Part shown: positions 10,104-19,273 of the stretch, piece by piece
Layout: every line of letters begins with the position of its first letter
How positions within the stretch are numbered: position 1 is the first letter of the stretch
Source of the DNA: an uncultured Gammaproteobacteria bacterium
GTDB taxonomy: Bacteria > Patescibacteriota > Microgenomatia > JAMCZE01
NCBI GenBank assembly: GCA_964609775.1
Contig: CAZSSJ010000002.1
Location: 19,260 to 83,259 of the forward strand
DNA: 64,000 nt
Reading direction: 5' to 3'
Translations under genes and position numbers: made by a program
The notes under the pieces: generated by a model
What the model was told of the DNA's origin: nothing
What the model saw: only the letters and a program-made list of their open reading frames with translations
The model's database searches: none

Positions 10104-11749
10104 CAGGGAAAATTGTCATGCTAATTCTTGCCTCAATCATTCTGCTAGGATTTCTTGTCCGCCTATACAGACTTGGCAATATTCCTAACGGCTTTTTCTT
10201 TGACGAAGCCACCATTTCCTACCAGGCATATAGTTTACTCCAGACGGGTAAAGATACCTGGGGAACTGACTTTCCTTTATTGTCATTTAGAGATTATGGA
10301 GAGTACATTTTGCCAATCGGCGTTTATGGTCAAATTCCTAGTCTATTAATTGGAGGGCTAAATGTCTTATCTGCTCGGTTTCCCCATGCTATTTTGGGAA
10401 TACTTAGTGTCCCATTAGTATATTTTTTAGCCAAAGAACTGTTTAAGAACACTAAAATTTCTCTTTTATCTTCATTTTTACTAACAATATCACCTCTTTC
10501 AATTGGTTGGACACGTTTTGTGTTCGAAGGTAATTTCGGGACAGTCCTTTTCTTGAGTGGGACACTTCTTTTCGCCAGGTCTTTAAAAAAGCCCCGACTT
10601 CTACCCTGGTCAATCCTTTCTTTTGGTCTGTCAGCCCTTTCCTATCACATATTTTTAATCCTCACTCCACTTTACTTTTGCCTGCTCTCTCTCCTGAATC
10701 GAAAATCCCCAAGTCTGATTGGACACATAAGACCCATAACTCTCATCATCGTTGTTTTCTTCCTCGCCTGGATCCTGGCTGCTATCGCCTCAGGCGCTGG
10801 TCGGCAGCGCTTTTCCCAAGCCTCAACTCTTCTTACACCTCAAAAAATTGACAACCTCAACCATCAAATTGGCTACTGTTCAAACCAAATGTCTCTCACC
10901 CTGTGCAAAGTATTTCTAAATAAGCCAGTCTTAGCAGCGACCAGCTACCTGGAAAACTACCTCGCCCACTTTTCGCCGGTCTTTTTAGGATTTGACGGGA
11001 CATTCCTTCGCCAAAATGTCTTGCCCAAGTCGGGAATACTTTTACCTGTGGAAATGGTCGGCTTTTTCGTGGGATTATTTTTTCTTGTCAGATCACCTAC
11101 TTCTTTAGCGAGCCGGATTTTATTACCGATAATCCTGATCTATCCCGTGGCTAATAGCTTCACTGGTCTGGGAGAAATCAGCCGGATTGCCTTTGCCAGC
11201 CCCTTTCTCTCGCTTGTCGCCGCCTATGGTTTGGTGCGAATCACCCAAACTTTCCGGGTGTTTAAGCCCCCGCTTTTTCTGGCTATTCTTTACAGCGTTG
11301 TCAGTTTCCTCATCACTTATTTTCTAATCTTCCCCAAAACTAACGCCTACTACACCAATTTTGGCTACGACAAAGTATTTTCTTGGGTGCGGGCCAATCA
11401 GTCTAAATATGACCGGATTTTTATCTCCCGCAACTATGCCGGTTCCGTTCCCTACATTTCTGCCCAATTTTTCCTGCCCATTGATCCGCAGATGTTTCAA
11501 AGGGGTCAAGTGGAGAGAAAAAAATCGCCTGAGGGTTATTATCAGATTGAATCCGTTGACCAGAAATTTCGATTTTTTCAAAATTTACACTCTGAAGCTC
11601 TTAAGCCAAATGATTTTGTTGTCGCCACCCCTGAGGACATTCAATCTTATGCGCTAACGCCGAAATTTACTATAATTGATCCCACGGGGAGAAAACTGCT
11701 CCTTGGCGTTGAAGCAAATGAAATTTTGGCAAAAACTGCTGTCCCTTAG
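10100..11749 (+). CDS. GT39/PMT_2-family (ArnT-like) polyprenol-phosphate-sugar-dependent glycosyltransferase
   Basis: LVRLYRLGNIPNGFFFDEATISYQAYSLLQTGKDTWG…: a DE-containing first loop followed by multiple TM helices, then a soluble C-terminal domain. Confidence 0.6.
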   Translation: MTGKIVMLILASIILLGFLVRLYRLGNIPNGFFFDEATISYQAYSLLQTGKDTWGTDFPLLSFRDYGEYILPIGVYGQIPSLLIGGLNVLSARFPHAILGILSVPLVYFLAKELFKNTKISLLSSFLLTISPLSIGWTRFVFEGNFGTVLFLSGTLLFARSLKKPRLLPWSILSFGLSALSYHIFLILTPLYFCLLSLLNRKSPSLIGHIRPITLIIVVFFLAWILAAIASGAGRQRFSQASTLLTPQKIDNLNHQIGYCSNQMSLTLCKVFLNKPVLAATSYLENYLAHFSPVFLGFDGTFLRQNVLPKSGILLPVEMVGFFVGLFFLVRSPTSLASRILLPIILIYPVANSFTGLGEISRIAFASPFLSLVAAYGLVRITQTFRVFKPPLFLAILYSVVSFLITYFLIFPKTNAYYTNFGYDKVFSWVRANQSKYDRIFISRNYAGSVPYISAQFFLPIDPQMFQRGQVERKKSPEGYYQIESVDQKFRFFQNLHSEALKPNDFVVATPEDIQSYALTPKFTIIDPTGRKLLLGVEANEILAKTAVP

Positions 11750-13454
11750 CCCTCTTGTTGTTCTCTTTATCGCCTCATTTTGGTCCTGGAAGCCGCTTCT
11801 GGCCTCCGGCTTTTTTACAATTCATGACAACCAGCAGATCGCCCGGCTGTTTGAATTAAATAAAGCTCTTCTTGCTGGTCAGTTTCCCGTTCGCTGGGTG
11901 CCGGATCTGGGTTTTAGCTTTGGCTACCCGCTCTTTAATTTCTATCCGCCCCTGATTTATTATCTCGGCGAACTCTTTCATCTGTTGCTCGGGACAGGAT
12001 TCATTGACTCAATTAAGATAGTTTGGTTCGTCGCCCTGGTGGGATCGGGGATTGCCATGTACTTCTTGGCGAAAGAGTACTTTGGCAGAGCAGGAGGACT
12101 CGTTGCCGCGATGTTTTATGTTTACGCTCCCTACCACGCCGTCGACGCCTACGTCCGCGGGTCTTTGGCCGAACTTTTTTCTTTTGTTTGGCTCCCCCTC
12201 ATCCTGCTGGCATTGTATAAAATTGTGACTTTGCCAATAAGCTACGATCGTTGGATTTTGGCAAGCGGTATTCTCCTTGGCCTGCTGATGATCACCCACA
12301 ACCTCATTTTTCTCCCTTTTGTGGGAATATCAGCCCTTTGGTATTTTGCTCTAGTATTAATTTATCGCCGTAACGAACCGGTCCGTTATACTTTATACTT
12401 TATACTTTATACAGCCCTTTGTTTCGCTCTATCAGCCTTTTTCTGGCTGCCGGCGCTGGCTGAAAAACAATTCACCCTCGTTGACCAACTCCTGATTAAG
12501 AATCTGGCTTCCTACCAAATCCATTTTGTCTGCCCGCAGCAGTTATGGAACAGTCCCTGGGGTTTTGGCGGTTCGACTGCAGGTTGTCTTGATGGCCTGT
12601 CATTCAAACTCGGCAAGCTGCACATCTTGGCAGCCATAGCCTCTTTCGGGGCTGTCGCCTACCTCTGGCTTAAAGCTCACAAAAAGCTAGCGTTAGTAAT
12701 TCTTATATCTTATTTCTTATTTTTTATATCCCTGTTCATGACTACTGACTATTCAAAAATTTTGTGGGACAATTTTCCCCCTCTTTGGTACCTTCAGTTC
12801 CCCTGGCGTTTTCTGGAATTTGCCACCCTTTTTGCCGCGCTAATTGCGGGGAGTATCTTGGCGTTGGTCAAAAATATCCCCCTTAAAATATTGGTTACCA
12901 TAACGCTAATTTCGGCAATTCTCTACATCGAAGCTAAAAACTTCGTTCCCCAAACCCACCTCTTCACTGACACAGACGACCAAGAAACTTCTGATGAGCA
13001 AATTAAGTGGGTCATCAGTTCAACTTCGTTTGAGTATCTCCCAAAAGAAGTTGCCACTAGAGTCACAGACCTCGGGACCGTTTGGGTCGATATTGATCGA
13101 TCAAAAATTCCCCCCCGAAAGTATCAAGTTCTCTCCGGAAACTTGCAAAGCACCGAGGAAATATTTCTTCCCCATCGTTTCAAACTCACTGGCCAATTTA
13201 CAAACGAGACGACAATTCAAATTAATGTGGCAAACTTTCCCGGGTGGGAAGTGTGGCTCGATGGTTCCGAAGCACGCATCAGGGATAACAATGCCTATAA
13301 ATTGATCACTATCAATGTCCCCCCAGGAAACCATACACTAACTGGGCAATTTACCAATACCTGGCCGAGGTCCCTAGGTAACACCATTTCCATCATTGCA
13401 CTCATCGCGTTAGCCCTTTACTTTGGAAAATATGGAATTAGAAGAAGTTCTTAA
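11718..13454 (+). CDS. COG5617/PTPS-related-type membrane protein, paralogue 2 (the ORF could start at 11676)
   Basis: FTIHDNQQIARLFELNKALLAGQFPVRWVPDLGFSFGYPLFNFYPPLIYYLGELFHLL; C-terminus NVANFPGWEVWLDGSEARI. Confidence 0.5.
   Translation: MKFWQKLLSLSPLVVLFIASFWSWKPLLASGFFTIHDNQQIARLFELNKALLAGQFPVRWVPDLGFSFGYPLFNFYPPLIYYLGELFHLLLGTGFIDSIKIVWFVALVGSGIAMYFLAKEYFGRAGGLVAAMFYVYAPYHAVDAYVRGSLAELFSFVWLPLILLALYKIVTLPISYDRWILASGILLGLLMITHNLIFLPFVGISALWYFALVLIYRRNEPVRYTLYFILYTALCFALSAFFWLPALAEKQFTLVDQLLIKNLASYQIHFVCPQQLWNSPWGFGGSTAGCLDGLSFKLGKLHILAAIASFGAVAYLWLKAHKKLALVILISYFLFFISLFMTTDYSKILWDNFPPLWYLQFPWRFLEFATLFAALIAGSILALVKNIPLKILVTITLISAILYIEAKNFVPQTHLFTDTDDQETSDEQIKWVISSTSFEYLPKEVATRVTDLGTVWVDIDRSKIPPRKYQVLSGNLQSTEEIFLPHRFKLTGQFTNETTIQINVANFPGWEVWLDGSEARIRDNNAYKLITINVPPGNHTLTGQFTNTWPRSLGNTISIIALIALALYFGKYGIRRSS
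12386..12412. repeat. heptanucleotide tandem repeat (TTATACT) x3 plus a partial fourth copy, in frame inside the CDS
   Basis: Read directly: gttatactttatactttatactttatacag, encoding …RYTLYFILYT…. Confidence 0.8.
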
Positions 13455-14877
13455 TCGGACCGTAAAAAGCGTCATCGCGCTGACGAGCCGCAGCGTTGTC
13501 TTGCTGCTGATTCAGGCCGTGGCTTATTCTCTTCTCATCGCTTTTCTGGGAGCCCAGGAGATCGGCATTTTTATTGTCGTCTCGGCAATTTTGCGCGTCT
13601 TCACTTTCTTTACCGATTTGGGATTGGGCGCCGCCCTCATCCAGAAAAAAGAAAATTTAGACCAGGATGACCTGCGCTCTGCCTTTACTATTCAAACCGC
13701 ACTGGTCCTCATAATTATCGCCGTTGCCTTTGCGCTCACCCCGCTTGTCAGATCCTATGCCAATTTGGACCCGGCCGGAGTTTTTCTTTACCAGGTTCTC
13801 GCCTTCACTTTGCTCATTTCTTCCTTAAAAATGATCCCCTCGATTCTTCTGGAGAGGCAGCTGCGCTTTGAAAAACAAATCATTCCCCAAATCGTCGAGG
13901 CATTGGTATTCAACAGCTTGGTGGTCATTCTGGCGGCCAAACATTTTGGTGTCGCCTCCTATTCATGGGCCATTCTAGTTTCCTCTCTCGCCGGATTGCC
14001 CGTCTACTACCTAATTTCGCCGTGGAGAATTTCCCTGGGATTGTCGAAAGATGTGGCCAAACACCTCATTCGCTATGGCCTCCCTTTCCAAGGCAAGAGT
14101 GTCCTGGCGATAATAAAAGATGATCTTCTGGTCTTCTTTCTTTCCGGAATTGTTGGCACCGCCGGAATTGGCTACTGGGGGACGGCGCAAAAATTTGCCT
14201 ATTATCCCTTCCGTCTGCTCGTCGACACTCTCACTAAAGTCACTTTTCCCGCTTATTCGCGAATTCAACTGGAAAAAGAAGCCTTAAGAATTGGTATAGA
14301 AAAATCGCTACTTGCCGTCAGCCTCCTGCTCTTTCCGGTGCTCACCTTAATCGCCGTGCTGGCCCACAATCTTGTTTATTTAATCCCCAAATATCAAAAG
14401 TGGGAGCCGTCACTGCCTTCTCTCTATTTCCTCTGTGCGGGGGCGGCCGTCTCTGCCTTGTCAAACATTTTGGTGAACGCCCTTGACGCTACCGGACACG
14501 TCAAAACAACTCTGGGGTTGATGGTAATGTGGATAGTATTAACCTGGGTTGGAACTTTGGTCCTCGTAGCCAAGTTTGGTTTTACCGGAATAGCTATGGC
14601 CTCGTTCGTGGTCGCTCTCACCATTATTCTTACCATCTACTTGGTTAAACGGGTTGTCAATTTTCGCTTTTTGGGAAGTATCTTCAAGCCATTTTTGGGT
14701 TCCCTACTTATGGGGCTTTCGGTGTTTGCCCTCATTCAAGTTCTGCCAATCTCCTTCCCGGCTCTTCTTCTTGAAGGTATTGCTGGTGCTATAATTTATT
14801 TGGGTGCGATGTATCTGCTCGCCCGCAAGGAACTATTAGCGGATCTGAGAATCGTCATCAAAACTTTCAGAAAATGA
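13423..14877 (+). CDS. Wzx-type oligosaccharide/lipid-linked glycan flippase (MOP superfamily)
   Basis: About 14 TM helices; N-terminus …VIALTSRSVVLLLIQAVAYSLLIAFLGAQEIGIFIVVSAILRVFTFFTDLGLGAALIQ… is typical of polysaccharide biosynthesis proteins (Polysacc_synt). Confidence 0.65.
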   Translation: MENMELEEVLNRTVKSVIALTSRSVVLLLIQAVAYSLLIAFLGAQEIGIFIVVSAILRVFTFFTDLGLGAALIQKKENLDQDDLRSAFTIQTALVLIIIAVAFALTPLVRSYANLDPAGVFLYQVLAFTLLISSLKMIPSILLERQLRFEKQIIPQIVEALVFNSLVVILAAKHFGVASYSWAILVSSLAGLPVYYLISPWRISLGLSKDVAKHLIRYGLPFQGKSVLAIIKDDLLVFFLSGIVGTAGIGYWGTAQKFAYYPFRLLVDTLTKVTFPAYSRIQLEKEALRIGIEKSLLAVSLLLFPVLTLIAVLAHNLVYLIPKYQKWEPSLPSLYFLCAGAAVSALSNILVNALDATGHVKTTLGLMVMWIVLTWVGTLVLVAKFGFTGIAMASFVVALTIILTIYLVKRVVNFRFLGSIFKPFLGSLLMGLSVFALIQVLPISFPALLLEGIAGAIIYLGAMYLLARKELLADLRIVIKTFRK

Positions 14878-15767
14878 CAACAATTTCCTTCGCAATTGCG
14901 ACTCGTAATGAGGCTGATGACATTAAAGATTGCCTCGAATCGATCAAATGGGCTGATGAAATCGTCATTTTTGACGAAAAATCAATCGACAAAACGGTTG
15001 AGGTCGCCAAAAAATATACTTCTAAAATTTTCCTCATTGACCACGATCCGATGTTTCACCGCACTAAGCAAAAGGCAATCGATAAATGTGCCAGTGATTG
15101 GATTTTTCAAATTGACGCTGACGAAAGAGTCAGCCCCGACCTAAAAGATGAAATTCTCCAGACAATTAGTGGCGTCTCGTCGCTTCCCGGTTACCAACTC
15201 CCCCGCAAAAGCAGGATTTTTGGCAAATGGATGGAACACACCGGTTGGTACCCCGACTATCAGGTCAAGCTTTTCCAAAAGGGCAAGGGTCACTATCCCT
15301 GTCAGTCAGTTCACGAAATGATAACTATCGACGGTCAAATGGGAACTTTAACAAACGATCTTCTGCACGAACACTATTCCACTCTTGACTGGTATTTGAA
15401 TCGCCGGTTCGAATACACCAAAAACGACGCCGAAAACATCATCGCCCGCGGGGAAAAAATTGTTTGGTCAGATGCGATTAAATTCCCCGCCGACGAGTTC
15501 TTTAAACGATTTTTCTTTTGGCAAGGCTACAAAGACGGTCTGCATGGCTTAGTCCTCTCACTTTTGATGGCCTTTGACCGCTTAATCGTTTTTGCCCGCC
15601 TCTGGGAGCACCAAAAATTTTGGCAACATGACAGTGCTGATTTTCGAGGGGAAGTCATACACAAGACAAAAAAGGTGGCGCATGACTGGCACCATTGGCT
15701 GTCGCAAACTGCCACCAAACCCCACGAGAAAATCTTGCATAAGCTGAAAGCAAAATTTAATTTCTAA
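14874..15767 (+). CDS. glycosyltransferase family 2
   Basis: ISFAIATRNEADDIKDCLESIKWADEIVIFDEKSIDKTVEVAKKY…QIDADERV: GT2 Rossmann fold with DxD; paralogous to 18381..19187 and 39213..39971. Confidence 0.6.
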   Translation: MTTISFAIATRNEADDIKDCLESIKWADEIVIFDEKSIDKTVEVAKKYTSKIFLIDHDPMFHRTKQKAIDKCASDWIFQIDADERVSPDLKDEILQTISGVSSLPGYQLPRKSRIFGKWMEHTGWYPDYQVKLFQKGKGHYPCQSVHEMITIDGQMGTLTNDLLHEHYSTLDWYLNRRFEYTKNDAENIIARGEKIVWSDAIKFPADEFFKRFFFWQGYKDGLHGLVLSLLMAFDRLIVFARLWEHQKFWQHDSADFRGEVIHKTKKVAHDWHHWLSQTATKPHEKILHKLKAKFNF

Positions 15768-15770
15768 TCT

Positions 15771-16700
15771 ATGGAAAAAACTGAACTCTCAATTGCCACC
15801 ATTCTCCATAACGAGGAGGCGAACGTTGTCGAACTCCACCGGAGATTAAGCACGGTCCTAAAAACCCTCAATAAAACCCATGAAATTATTTTGGTAGATG
15901 ATGGCAGCACTGACAGGACACTTGATAAACTCAAGACGCTTCGCCAAAAGGACAGATCCATCAAAATCATCTCTCTCTCGCGAAACTTCGGTATCGAGGC
16001 CGCCGCCACTGCCGCCCTAGATCACACCAGCGGAGAAATGGTTGTTCTCATGGACGGCGACCTTCAGGACGCCCCGGAATTCATTCCCTCACTCCTGAAT
16101 AAAATTGGACAGGGCTACGACGTCGTCTACGCCCAGCACCCAAAGAGAAAAGACACCCTCGTGAAGCAAGCACTTTTTGGTAGCTTTTATCGGCTGATGG
16201 ACAAACTGGCCGACTATAAATTTCCCGTTGACGTGGGTCATTTTTCCGTGATGAGACGGCCGGTTGTCGACGTGTTGACGCAAATGACGGAAAGAAATCG
16301 GTTTATTGCCGGACTTCGGGCTTGGGTGGGCTTCAAACAAACAGGAATCCTGTATGAAAAACAGGCCAGGTTTGCCGGCAAACCACCACAAACATTTAAA
16401 AAGTTGCTCAAAATGGGCTTTGATGCTTTGTTTTCTTTCTCGTACATCCCACTTCGAGTTGCAACATTAATGGGTCTATTGGTCGCTATTGGAACAATTA
16501 TTGTGATCATTAACGTTTTGTATCAAAAATTCGTCGTCAACACTGCTATTATCGGATGGGCTGGACCCATGCTCTCAATATTGATCATCGGAGGTGTGCA
16601 ACTTTTCATTCTCGGCATAATCGGGGAATATTTAGCCAGAATCTATGATGAAGTCAAAAGGCGTCCCTACTATATCGTCTCTGAGAAAATTGGTTTCTAA
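15771..16700 (+). CDS. GT2 polyprenyl-phosphate glycosyltransferase (GtrB/ArnC/DPM1-like) with C-terminal TM helices
   Basis: LSIATILHNEEANV…ILVDDGSTDRT…VVLMDGDLQDAPEFIP…, then two C-terminal hydrophobic helices (LMGLLVAIGTIIVIINV…ILIIGGVQLFILGIIGEY). This is the classic C55-P-sugar synthase architecture. Confidence 0.75.
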   Translation: MEKTELSIATILHNEEANVVELHRRLSTVLKTLNKTHEIILVDDGSTDRTLDKLKTLRQKDRSIKIISLSRNFGIEAAATAALDHTSGEMVVLMDGDLQDAPEFIPSLLNKIGQGYDVVYAQHPKRKDTLVKQALFGSFYRLMDKLADYKFPVDVGHFSVMRRPVVDVLTQMTERNRFIAGLRAWVGFKQTGILYEKQARFAGKPPQTFKKLLKMGFDALFSFSYIPLRVATLMGLLVAIGTIIVIINVLYQKFVVNTAIIGWAGPMLSILIIGGVQLFILGIIGEYLARIYDEVKRRPYYIVSEKIGF

Positions 16701-18378
16701 CGGGAGAGAGTTTGTCCCGCCGCTTGCCCCGGCAATATTCTTCACCCTGGTAGTCATCTACCTTCAGGGGGCAACAATTTTCCCCAGTGGTTTGTTTGAC
16801 AAAAGTGGCAACCTCATTTTCTATAATGATGTCCTCTTCCATGACAGCAATGTCCATCTTTCTTTAACGGGTGAACTCCTTCACCGTTTCCCCCCCACCA
16901 ATTTTGCTGCTTCCGGCGTACCTCTCAAAAACTATCATTATCTCTTTGACGTCTTTCTCGCCGTCATGCATAAATTAACGGCAATATCGGTTCTCGATCT
17001 TTATTTTCGCCTTGTCCCCGTAATTTTATCTTCTCTTTTATGTTTAGTCATTTATCAGTCTCTGATGGTCTTAACGAAAAAGCGTTGGGCCTGCGCTTTA
17101 GGGATCTTCTTTACGATTCTGGCAACCAGTTGGGGACCGCAGACGCCCTTCGTTAAAGACATCCTTGGCGCTTCGCCAGTGACCCCGGCCAGCAATCTTT
17201 TTATGACCGACCAGCTGCTAAGTATGCTTGTCAATCCCCAGGGTCAATTGTCCTTGATCGTCTTCCTCACTCTTTTTCTCTTGCTCCATCACTACGAACA
17301 CACAAAAAGAACTATCACGCTAGTTCTTTTTGCTTTGCTCCTGGGACTGTCGTTTGGGATCAAAGCCTATGGGGGAATCGTCTTTGCCCCAGCGGCAATC
17401 TTTAGTGCCGTCTACTTTATCATCCGCACCAGAGATCCAAAACCACTCCTCGCTGTCCTTTTTGGCTTTGCGATTATGGCTTCGTGGGTTGCCCTTACGA
17501 TTGATAGAGGCGTCGCCGGTTTGCAATTCGCCCCCTTCTGGCTGCTGGATCACATGATGACTGACCTGGATAAGCTCAACGAACCCCGTTTCTTGCTCCT
17601 CAAAGAACACTACACCCAGATGAGTAATTGGGCTCGTTTGTTTGTTCTAAATCTCTTTTCTCTAGCAATCTATGTCTTCGGCAGTTTGGGTTTGCGTCTC
17701 TTCGGTCTACTGGGCGTCATTTGGCTCATCAAGCAAAAGATGTCATCTCCCTCGCTCTTCTTTTTAATCACTGCCGCGGCGATCTCTTTTACCGTCCCTG
17801 TCCTTTTCAACCAATCGAAAAAAGCCTACGACACCGTCCAGTTTACCCCATACTTCACCCTCTTCATGGGCTTGATGTTCTCCGTAACCGTGTTTATCTT
17901 CCTAAAACATCTCCGGAAGCGCCGCATATTCAAAGCGATTTTTGCCGTGTCTGTTGTCACCTTAGTCATCCTTTTAAATCTCAGCGAAATTTCCATCCGA
18001 TTTCGACCAAGAGAAGAGAAAATAGTCATCCCTAACACCACACTCGAGGCGACTGAGTATGTCAGAACCGAAACCCCACCAAACGCCATTTTTCTGCTCG
18101 CTCCGACGGAGTTTAATCGCAGCTACCTCATCTTTTCCTCCTTGACACAAAGGCGGACGGCTTTTTCCGGACTGGATTTTGCCTACCAAGTGGGGCAGGA
18201 CACCCAACGCCTACGCACCCAGTGGGAGAGCTATTTTGCCGACGGGAAAGTGCCAGCTGACGTTGACTATCTATTTATTCCCGCCCCGGAAGAGGACGAT
18301 TTTGTTAGAATTAAAGAAAACTCCCGCTTCGTCACCGTCTTTGACAACAGCGCGGTAAAAATTCTTAAAAAAAGTTGA
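16645..18378 (+). CDS. large polytopic membrane protein, family unclear (candidate GT-C); the start may be TTG 16690
   Basis: About 12 predicted TM helices; N-terminal block NDVLFHDSNVHLSLTGELLHRFPPTNFAASGVPLKNYHYLFDVFLAV; lies inside a glycosylation operon. Confidence 0.4.
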   Translation: MMKSKGVPTISSLRKLVSNGREFVPPLAPAIFFTLVVIYLQGATIFPSGLFDKSGNLIFYNDVLFHDSNVHLSLTGELLHRFPPTNFAASGVPLKNYHYLFDVFLAVMHKLTAISVLDLYFRLVPVILSSLLCLVIYQSLMVLTKKRWACALGIFFTILATSWGPQTPFVKDILGASPVTPASNLFMTDQLLSMLVNPQGQLSLIVFLTLFLLLHHYEHTKRTITLVLFALLLGLSFGIKAYGGIVFAPAAIFSAVYFIIRTRDPKPLLAVLFGFAIMASWVALTIDRGVAGLQFAPFWLLDHMMTDLDKLNEPRFLLLKEHYTQMSNWARLFVLNLFSLAIYVFGSLGLRLFGLLGVIWLIKQKMSSPSLFFLITAAAISFTVPVLFNQSKKAYDTVQFTPYFTLFMGLMFSVTVFIFLKHLRKRRIFKAIFAVSVVTLVILLNLSEISIRFRPREEKIVIPNTTLEATEYVRTETPPNAIFLLAPTEFNRSYLIFSSLTQRRTAFSGLDFAYQVGQDTQRLRTQWESYFADGKVPADVDYLFIPAPEEDDFVRIKENSRFVTVFDNSAVKILKKS

Positions 18379-18380
18379 CT

Positions 18381-19187
18381 ATGGTTTCAGCTATTGTTTT
18401 TATATTTTGGCCCGAAGAGGAAGATCATTTTGAAGTCTGCTTAAAAACTTTGTCATGGGTTGATGAAATTATCGTCATTGATAATGGGGCTTCAAAGAAA
18501 ACATCTAACCTTGCCAAAAAATATCATGGTCGAATTATTAAAACTGATTCAAAAAGTTTTGCCCAAAGACATAATCTTGGTGCAAATGAAGCAAAAGGGG
18601 ACTGGCTATTATTTATCGACGCCGATGAACGGATATCCAAGGATCTTCAGCAAGAGATTGCCCGAGAAATTGTTCACCCGACAGCTGACGCCTACGAGTT
18701 AAACAGAATCAATTTTTATCTTGGTAAGAAGGTTCGGTTTGGAGACCGATACCCAGACTACGTTGCTAGATTGTTTTATAAAACAAAACTTAAAGAATGG
18801 ACCGGTGATATCCATGAATCTTCGGTTGTGAGTGGCACAACGGGTCGACTGTCAGCTCCTCTATATCACCTAACTCACCGTGACATATTTTTGATGATAG
18901 ATAAAACAAAAAACTATGCTGAGATTGAAGCCAAACTCAGACTGGAATCTCACCATCCACCGGTTGTTGGTTGGCGTCTGGTGCGAGTTTTTCTGACCGA
19001 ACTCTATAATCGCATCATTAAACTTCAAGGTTTCAGGCAGGGGACAGAGGGTTGGATTGACGGCCTCTTTCAAGCCTTTTCCCTGTTTATCGTCTATGCC
19101 CGACTTTGGGAAAAGCAAAGAAAGCCTGATTTAGAAGAAACCTACCGGCAACTTGACCAAAAAATTTTGACGGGAGAAGAACTATAA
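18381..19187 (+). CDS. glycosyltransferase family 2 (paralogue of 14874 and 39213)
   Basis: LSWVDEIIVIDNGASKKTSNLAKKYHGRIIKTD…GDWLLFIDADERISKDLQQEI. Confidence 0.6.
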   Translation: MVSAIVFIFWPEEEDHFEVCLKTLSWVDEIIVIDNGASKKTSNLAKKYHGRIIKTDSKSFAQRHNLGANEAKGDWLLFIDADERISKDLQQEIAREIVHPTADAYELNRINFYLGKKVRFGDRYPDYVARLFYKTKLKEWTGDIHESSVVSGTTGRLSAPLYHLTHRDIFLMIDKTKNYAEIEAKLRLESHHPPVVGWRLVRVFLTELYNRIIKLQGFRQGTEGWIDGLFQAFSLFIVYARLWEKQRKPDLEETYRQLDQKILTGEEL

Positions 19188-19273
19188 TCATCATCTTCGA
19201 ATTTGCAACAGTTTTGATGATTAATACACATCGAAATGCGGTGAACGCATAATATTTACCTTATGATGGGTAT

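Noticed and set aside
19188-19273. A possible tRNA or small RNA in the 86-bp intergenic gap
   Set aside because: It has no acceptor-stem/T-arm (GTTC…) features and is too short. I treat it as regulatory DNA.
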